Below are positions 52,025-60,000 of a stretch of DNA of 60,000 nt, piece by piece. The DNA is taken from NCBI RefSeq assembly GCF_037042905.1, contig NC_087245.1, positions 20,958,001 through 21,018,000 on the forward strand. Direction: 5' to 3'. Numbering within the stretch: position 1 is the first letter of the stretch; each line of letters starts with the position of its first letter. A program made the translations under genes and the position numbers. This stretch comes from Lytechinus pictus (taxonomy: Eukaryota). The notes beneath the pieces are model-generated. The model made no database searches and was not told the origin of the DNA. It worked only from the letters and a program-made list of their open reading frames with translations.

Positions 52025-53421
52025 AATGTCGAACTATTATTATTTACAAATAATGAAGTATTACTTGGAATTATTTACAAATAATGAAGTATTACTTGGA
52101 ATTATATATAAATAATTAGAAATGATATTTTATATAATAGTAGTTATTTACAAATAAAATGTAAATTATATATAAATAATAGTTATTATTTAATAAATAA
52201 TGATTATATAACAAATAATTGTTCTATATAATATTGGTACATTCGGCGCCTCATACAAAACTGACCAAATAAATAAAAAGTATAATCTGTACATATTACG
52301 CTGATTGGCATCGATTTCAGAGTGGTGGAAAACTCAGTATCGCGAACCTCGCGCGAGCATGACTCTGAACCGGAAGTGGTGATGACGACCCGACGGAGAG
52401 AAAATTATCTCGTCTCGCACATTATGAGATTTTTGTTCCTATTTGGGGTAGCGAGAATTAGCATATACCCTTGCCAACAAATACAGAACAAATCTTTATG
52501 TTATGAAGGTCAGGATGAGCCTCTGAGCATTCAATAAACCATACAACAACGAAATAACCCCAAATATATTGAATTTTGATTTTTTTTTTCTTGTTCTGGG
52601 TTAAGTAGCCATTAGCAAGCTATCTTTGCCTGCATACAAAAAAACTAATGGAATTTACTGTGTTTAGTATATTTAGTATATTTCACAATGGGTATTCTGA
52701 TTGAGCAATCGAATGGGGGGGGGGGACGGACCTCCCTGTCTGAGCTATCTATTCAGAGTCTTGTCATACTTTCTGCAATGTTTTTTTTTGGGGGGGGGGA
52801 ACCTAAGGTAATGTGCTAGATATTACTTTTTTATTATCAAAATAGTGTGTGTGTGTGTGTGTGTGGGGGGGGGGGGTGGGGGTGGGAATGATTTTATACA
52901 CCAGCCACCCTGCTATAGGATTCTAAAAGCTCATTGATGTGGCCTGTAGTGGGATCATGAGAGCATGCTGCCCAGAGAAATTCACTTTCACTGCATAATG
53001 ATTAAGATTAGCGATTCTAATTGAAATACATTAATGAGACTGAAAAAATAATGTTGAAGTCTTGTAGTACGTGAAATTGAAAACAAGCAGTGATGTACCC
53101 ATTTTATCTTGTTTTGATGCTTGGCTGATCATGCGTCAGATTATATTTTGCACTCCTCCAGCCCGTAAACAGCTGTCGTTTGCTCACAAGGTCATGTGAC
53201 TTTGATGTTGAACCATTACCACCATACAGCAAGAAGCACTGCAATTTAGTGTTGTGACATGTTTGACCGACAGAGGGCGGTATTGCAGATTAGTGATTTG
53301 CATGCATCAAGTTGGCCCTTGCCAGTGCATTCGTTGTTGATACTCATTCCATATCTTATGTAGATTTCGATATAGAGACCTCAGGTTTCTGAATGAACAC
53401 TAGAACAAAGTTTTTGATATT

Positions 53422-54905
53422 TATTAGGTGATCTGTCAATCGACAGATCAACTATTAATTTCGTACAAATTTTCTTTTTTATTTATTATTTATTTCTTAA
53501 ATTTTATTTTTCCACCCTTTTCTTGTTCCACCAAAATCTCAAAATCTACATCTTCAATTTTCTGCAAAATATTATCAGTTATGGGGACATATCATGTCAT
53601 GTGTATGAAACAAGTTCAAGGTCAAAAGGTCATTGTGACGTCATCTAGACGCCATTTTGTAAAATCACATCAATCATATCTTCATTATCAAAGACCAAAG
53701 AAGAGTATGAATCGGGTCATTTTAAGCATTTCAAAAATTTGCGCGCGCAAGGGTACGCGCGGGTTCTCGCATGTTACGGCACTAAACAACATAGGATCCC
53801 CATTTTTTTCATATCAATGCATTGATAATATAATTTTGAGTAATTTGATACCTTGATCGACCTTCTACGACAAGTAATAACGGAATTAGCCTCCATCAAA
53901 GTTCACATCACGCGCACGCACTAACCATGTACACTATATGTGCAAAAACATGCCTATACAAAATTCATTATAGCTCTTCAGGAAGTCTGTTGACCCACAA
54001 TTTTTTTTTCATATTCGAATAGAGTATGGATGGGAGATATGATTTCATGTCACATTTGACCCGAAATTTCATCATGACGTCATCAAAATGGCGTCGGAAC
54101 TCATAATTTCCATTTTGCTTCTTATGCAAATTTGACTCTAACTCAGTAAATATTGGCAAATTTTTGCTCAGTTTCTTATATGTTGTAGCTGAGGACATAC
54201 TCTGTCTAATGTGTTGGCTTTTTTACATTTTAGGGAATGGATCATCCTAAAAATAGGCAATTTATAGGGGTATGTCATTTTCGCTCATTTTGTGTGCAAT
54301 ATCTATGGGAAATGACTTTTTCCTCAAAACTGGATTCTACATTCCTCTATTTCGCGAGCCATATCTCCATTTTTTCTTGTCGGTTTTCTCCGAGCTTTGA
54401 GTATATATATATATTTTCTGATCAGATGCCGGGATCATGCCTGTATTTTACTTGCAAAATTGAATTTGAAATCCTCTTAATTTGCTTCATGTGTAAAGTC
54501 TATGGGAAATAGTGTAGCTCAATTGGTAAGGCATCAGACTTGCATCTCCAGGGTCCACGGTTCAAGCCCAGGGGTGAACATGATAATTTTTCTTTCTTTT
54601 TTGTTTCTTTTCAACATTTCACAAATGGTCCTTTATGACCATAACAAGGTATATAAATTAAAATAGTGCACAATAAAAGAGATTAAAAACCTTTTAATAT
54701 AACATGTACCATGTGTATCACCTACACCTTTTTCACAAAACTCCCTCTTTTCAAGAGTATTCAACATGTTCTTTTGGTAATAAAAATTCAGTTTTCAATA
54801 TGATCATCGTATTTAACTCAATAAACATGGTGATTGTATTCGTGATCATTAAAAATCAGAGACAGATCACCTAATTCGTCCTCATGACGAATTAAAATTC
54901 TAGTT
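53422..54905 (+). mobile_element. Non-autonomous Helentron/Helitron2-type element (HINE/DINE-like)
   Basis: 5' subTIR attaggtgatctgtc (53423-53437) with adjacent partial inverted copy gacagatca; 3' subTIR gacagatcacctaat (54861-54875); hairpin aattcgtc-ctcat-gacgaatt; terminal CTAG-TT; T-rich flanks and no TSD. Confidence 0.75.
54510..54575 (+). pseudogene. tRNA-like segment inside the Helentron-type element
   Basis: A box TAGCTCAATTGGT and B box GGTTCAAGCCC at tRNA spacing. Acceptor and anticodon stems do not pair well, so not a functional tRNA. Confidence 0.6.
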
Positions 54906-54994
54906 TATATTTTGTTTACAAATTATTCTTATCAGCATTGAATTAGCTTGAGAAATTCTGTCAGAATTTAGAATTTAACAGTATTTTTAGTTAA

Positions 54995-55441
54995 AGGGGA
55001 AGTCCACCCTGACGAAATGTTTGTTGTAAAAATAGCAGAAAAAAATAATTAAAGAAATATTGGTGAAGTTTTGAGGAAAATCCAATAAAGATTTAGAAAG
55101 TTATTAGAATTTCCAGTTTTTGATTTGTGATACATGTTATGTAATATAAAATGCATAAATTTCAATTTTTATTGGTCCGTGGTGATTTTTTGTGAGCTTT
55201 CTTATAAGAGCAGATATGAAATTATTTGTCTCCTGATATATTAAGGTACAATAAAAACCATTTTCAATTTTCTGACAAAGTGACATTTCATTGATTTCTT
55301 ATGATATGTAGGTAAGCTGCTTGCATGTGATGTCACAAATCAAATTTTTATCTTTGATGGATTTTCCTCAAACCTTTGCTAATATTTTATATCATTTTCT
55401 GCCATTTTATAGTAAACTATTTGGCATGGTGAACTTTACCT
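54995..55441. mobile_element. TTAA/Kolobok-like MITE
   Basis: TTAA|aggggaagtccacc ... ggtgaactttacct|TTAC; same architecture as 18530-18989. Confidence 0.7.
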
Positions 55442-57030
55442 TTACAGAGAATGTCTTTCTGGATATTGCATTTGACTATTTATATTTAATTCATTGGCAT
55501 ATCACATACTGGAATTTAGTGATATCCGTACAAAACCCAAGTGAATTATGTAATTCAGTAGTCAGCACATCAATTATCTTCACAAAGTCTTTGTATATCT
55601 AAGGTATGTTAGTTTTGTAAATCATGAAAATTATTGGAGAACATATTCCTATATTTTGTTGAGATGTAGGAAAATTTATGTCATTTTAATAAACAGTGAT
55701 TAAAATTGATATAACACTGATGTGCAGGTTAACTTATTATTATCTGAATCTAGTAATTCTATTAAACTTTCTACAGGGACACCCAGTCCTTGTAATGCAA
55801 TTAGTTAATTAATATCTAAGGGGTCCAATTCATTAAGGATAATGTCAATTTCTATAAGATGCCACATGAAAAGATGAAGGTTGTGCCGAATCATGCATTT
55901 CAACACTGTATTGTATATTGTCAATAGAGGGCAGCATCTTCCTTTCAAAGCTGAACTGTAATGAGAGGGAATTAGCCATGGGGAGTTGAATAACTATCGA
56001 TCCGTGCTGAGTTTGTTCTGAGGCCAACATTTTACCTTGGGATGGCGGGTTCACTGCCAGTTAATAATACGAAGGGAGAGGGATCGTGGGTAGGCCATTA
56101 GCGAGATGAGGGAAAGAAAGGGGGAATGTTTCTAAAGCGTGGGAATTAATGTCTGATTAAAGGGATTCAACCTGGTATAAGGATATCTATTTAGAATTTA
56201 GGTTTAATTTTTAGATTACTGAAAGCAGCAGTTAATTGATGCATGAAGTAATTGTTTTATATTATTTTTTTTCTGTATACTTTAGAGTACTAAGGGCAAT
56301 ACAATTCCTGAGAACCATTATATTTGAAACAAGATGGAAGCATTTATTCATGTAATACATGTTAATATCCTTTTATAAAAATCTGAATCTTTAAAGATTG
56401 CCATTTCTTCCACATTTGAAGTTTATTTGCATCATTTGCTTTTCTACCCATTTGCAGAAACATTCATTTCGGAAATGCCAATTTGTCTTCTCACAAACTG
56501 CAGTATATGTAGTGGTATATGCATATTTACTATGATTGGATCGGTGTGGAAGGTATTCTACAGTGTATAAAAAAATGCCTATGCACTTTTTTGTCATATA
56601 TGCGGTAAGAAGACGCTTTTGGATTTTTTTTAAAGTTACAAAACACCACACTTATGAAAAAAAATCATACATTCATGAATATAGTATGCAAAAATTAACA
56701 ACTTAGAAATACTTCTGGAAAATCAAGTAGAGCTTTTTTCTTTGCCTTCTCAAGTGTGATATCGTGTGTAGAGATATTTCCATGCCACAAAATCAGATTT
56801 AGACAGACAAGTAAATTAGATTCCCCTCTCCCTCGCACTCGCATCTCGTGCCGACAGATCAATATTCAGACCCAAGACAAACGTTCCTCTTGTTTATCCA
56901 CTTGCATTTGGCCAGCTTACGACCCCCAGGTAAATTGCAAAGCTGGTTGACATAGGAAGGTTTTTCTCAATTCAGGTGTTCTTTTCATTTTCTTTGAGTG
57001 TTTGGATGAGATGATACAATAAAAACAAGC

Positions 57031-57801
57031 TCTACGCCACTATTCGTCAGTCTGGGGGTATTAGGTGTTTATGACTTGCATAAACTTGCAGTATCAACAT
57101 TTGTTTATGATTTACACAAGGAACATTTAGCACATTCTGTAAAGCAATACTTTGAGATGTTAAATCATAGTTACAAAACCAGAGGCAGAGAACATTCCAT
57201 GCTAAGACTCCCCAAATGTAACACTACGCATGGCACTTTTTCTATATCTTTTATTGGACCAAAGTTTTGGAATAGTTTGCCCCAGAGTATACGAGAGAAA
57301 AGAACACGGTTTTCATTTTGTAAAAATCTGAAAAATTACTTGATTAATGAAGTTTGATGATTGATATGAGTTTGGAAAAAAATAAAATAAAACAAAGTTG
57401 TTTTAGAAGTAGATACATTGAACTTTGATCCTTTTGGGAAACCATTCTCGACTAGCACTTGTGCTAACTTTTGGTTCTCCCTTTAACAGCATTTCATTTT
57501 GTACAAAATCACCCATACCATTTATAATTTATGTTAATGCATACAATCAATTTTTATGGTGATTTGCTTCTTGTCAGGTGAAACTGCATCAAGACAAACC
57601 ACATGATGTTACTCTTTTGTATTATATGCTGATATCACATGCGGTATTATATTGTGTTTTTATTTAGACTATGATTATGTTATGTTATGAATTGCATTTA
57701 TATGATTCATGTTATATAACGCATTCTTGTAAATATGTATTACACATATATTCATTCATGTAAATATGTTAATGTTGTTAATAAATTCAACTCAACTCAA
57801 A
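57031..57801 (+). mobile_element. 3' end of an L2/Crack/CR1-group LINE (5' truncated)
   Basis: Open frame STPLFVSLGVLGVYDLHKL...HSYKTR...SISFIGPKFWNSLPQSIRE...FCKNLKNYL to the stop at 57357, then 3' UTR, AATAAA and a short (TCAAC) tail. Confidence 0.85.
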
Positions 57802-59285
57802 TAAACACCTTTGTTCTTATTTGGAAGCACATTCCATTTGAGGCAGGCAATCGATACAAATTTTATAATGTTTATCGTCATAGACGCATCACAGTCGCGT
57901 AGGAACATCCATATTTTACACTCATCTGGAACGTTCTGGAATATGACAAACACTCTTTAGTGCATATTGATTTATTTGGATAAACTTTCTTACAATATAT
58001 ATTGTCATATAAAAATTGATGAGATTTTATTTCAAAGAATTCTGGCCCATTTTTTTTTCAATAATTGATAAATATGATTTTCAATCACTTACAGCCTTTT
58101 GGAGCTTTATCTTCTGTAGATATTTCTTTCTGTCCTTCCTCTATCTCTCCTCTGCATTGTCCTCCTGTTCTTCATACTATTTCTCTTTCAACAGTGAGTT
58201 TTTTTATCTCTCCCATTTCCTTCACCTGCCTTATCAATACCGCCCCCTTCCTATTTATGTGTAAATGGTAACTTTTTGATAATATGGATTTTTCTTTTCT
58301 AAATCTTTCATTATCACCCTGGCCTCATCCCACTTGATCCCATAATTTCTGTTCATTATCCGTTGAAAGCAACCTTTCATTTTCTTCTGATTAATATTTT
58401 CTAGTCCTTCAAAATTTCTTTCCATGATTTATTGAGATTTCACCCATAAAGTGAACTCTTGCACTTGAGCTCACCCTTCTCTCTATGTATAAAGCAATAA
58501 CTCATATATCTTCCCAATTAGGTTACATGAATCCATTACCATGCATATGACAAAATGGCAAATGTATCATATTTGATTGAACCGAAGCTACTTGTGGAAA
58601 TTTCATCTCTTGCAGTATAATTTGTGTGCTCTCTGAACGGTATTTGTTATTCAGCCTGAATATAGACAACTATCTGTTTATTTTGCATGAGAACAGACAC
58701 CCTATCTTGAACATTTCTTCAAAGAAATAAAATGACCTGTCACGTAGAATGACATCATTAAAATGTAATGAGTACATAGAAGTTCTTGGACTTTACCTTT
58801 TTATTGCAGTTGATTTATTGAGTTGATCCACCAAATCTAAACAGTTAACACAATGTAAATTGTTGCTTAGCTTTGTTGCGTCTTTCCACGAATGAATCTG
58901 AAGTCATTCCTCTTGGAAAAAAGGCAGATGTTAAAGTAGAGCAACATCTGTTCTAACACATAGAACAAAAGGAGCAATCATCTGTGTAAATAACAGTGTT
59001 ATGATCTGCGATTTGCATCTACTTTTTGATCATTATCCATGTAAGAATAATTGATATGATTATCATGCTACAGAAAGGGTTGTGTTTAAACACAGATAGA
59101 GAAAGCAAGCACAGGTTCCTTACATGCATTTCTTATTGGTTGAGAATTAAATTACGATTAATAATATGATTTTAATAATAACTTCCTAATGCGCATTTTC
59201 TGATGAATCATTACTATAGGCGCTACTTATGATATAAACAAAAACATTGAAAATTTTCAAAATCATGATCATAAAAATTAACATT

Positions 59286-59311
59286 CATATATATATATAT
59301 ATAATATATAT

Positions 59312-59404
<93 letters not shown>
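59286..59404. repeat. Long (TA)n microsatellite
   Basis: About 115 bp of TA repeats with a few phase slips. Confidence 0.97.
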
Positions 59405-60000
59405 TTTAATATGCTTGTGTAAACAGGTAATGTTTGACATTTGATGGGAATGTCTTAAGATGGTTCATATTCCTAATCAGTGCTGGGAGTCTATTCCACA
59501 TAACTAAGGCTACATGGCTCCTAGATTGATTCTAGGAGGTGCTATTGATGGCATCTCCTTTTGCAATGGGCTGAATAATCAACAGAGAAATATTTATTTG
59601 GGATATTATGATTGTTCCTTATAATTTTAGTTGAAAATTACTTAACTTGATTAGCTGTTTTTTCCCCTAATTCAAAGATGAAGTATTTTGACATACGTGC
59701 TGCACACACAGAATCATTAATACCGCCCTTATTCATTTAAAATTGTTTCAATTGCAGGACTTTGGTAAATTCAATTTTCCATAGAGCCTATCTCACGATA
59801 TATTGGGCATCTGGTTCAATGAGTTAACCAAATAATCATCTGATCTTTCATTTTACAATGGGTATGCAGGTGTTTGTTGTTGGATTTCATTACTGCGGAT
59901 GATTGATTTTCATTGATTATACTGATTTAAAATAGAAGCTTTAGCCATGCTTTGTCTGCTTAGTTCAAGGTAATACTGTCTTTCCAGTAGTTGTATACTT

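Larger units (their letters stand above)
47955..52255. mobile_element. 4.3-kb non-autonomous foldback DNA transposon with ~1.95-kb arms (IS3EU-like termini)
   Basis: TATGAGGCGCCGAATG...CATTCGGCGCCTCATA ends; 6-bp TSD CAAAAC (47949-47954 and 52256-52261); arms nearly identical in reverse complement; no coding capacity. Confidence 0.9.
47406..52461. mobile_element. ~750-bp non-autonomous TIR element interrupted by the foldback insertion
   Basis: 21-bp perfect TIR aattctcgctaccccaaatag (47408-47428) / ctatttggggtagcgagaatt (52439-52459); CAT on both outer flanks; CpG-rich interior. Confidence 0.85.

Noticed and set aside
47955..52255. Polinton/Maverick (6-bp TSD, long TIRs) or assembly artefact
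   Set aside because: Termini are not the AG-type Polinton ends and no genes are present. A clean TSD, arm-specific indels and the split host element argue against an artefact, though reads were not checked.

Overview
AT-rich, repeat-dense eukaryotic DNA. The repeat families (tRNA-SINE, TTAA-flanked MITEs, L2/CR1 ends, poly-G/C tracts) look like a marine invertebrate, probably a sea urchin; this is inference. There is no complete protein-coding gene, and the window reads like very long intron(s) of a + strand gene. The best host signals are a 22-codon candidate first exon with an N-myristoylation motif (42293-42358), a candidate recursive splice site (~11161) and several RFX X-boxes. Main mobile elements: (1) a 4.3-kb almost fully palindromic foldback element with TAT...ATA ends and a 6-bp TSD (47955-52255), nested in a ~750-bp TIR element carrying a SAP-domain gene relic; (2) a truncated DIRS/Ngaro-type gag fragment bracketed by an exact 48-bp duplication (4472-6122); (3) a Helentron-type element containing a tRNA-like segment (53422-54905); (4) a decayed Penelope-type hammerhead ribozyme (1205-1243). 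Many MITEs, LINE remnants and microsatellites fill the rest. Nearly all ORFs in the supplied track are spurious. All calls are by eye; no database searches were run.
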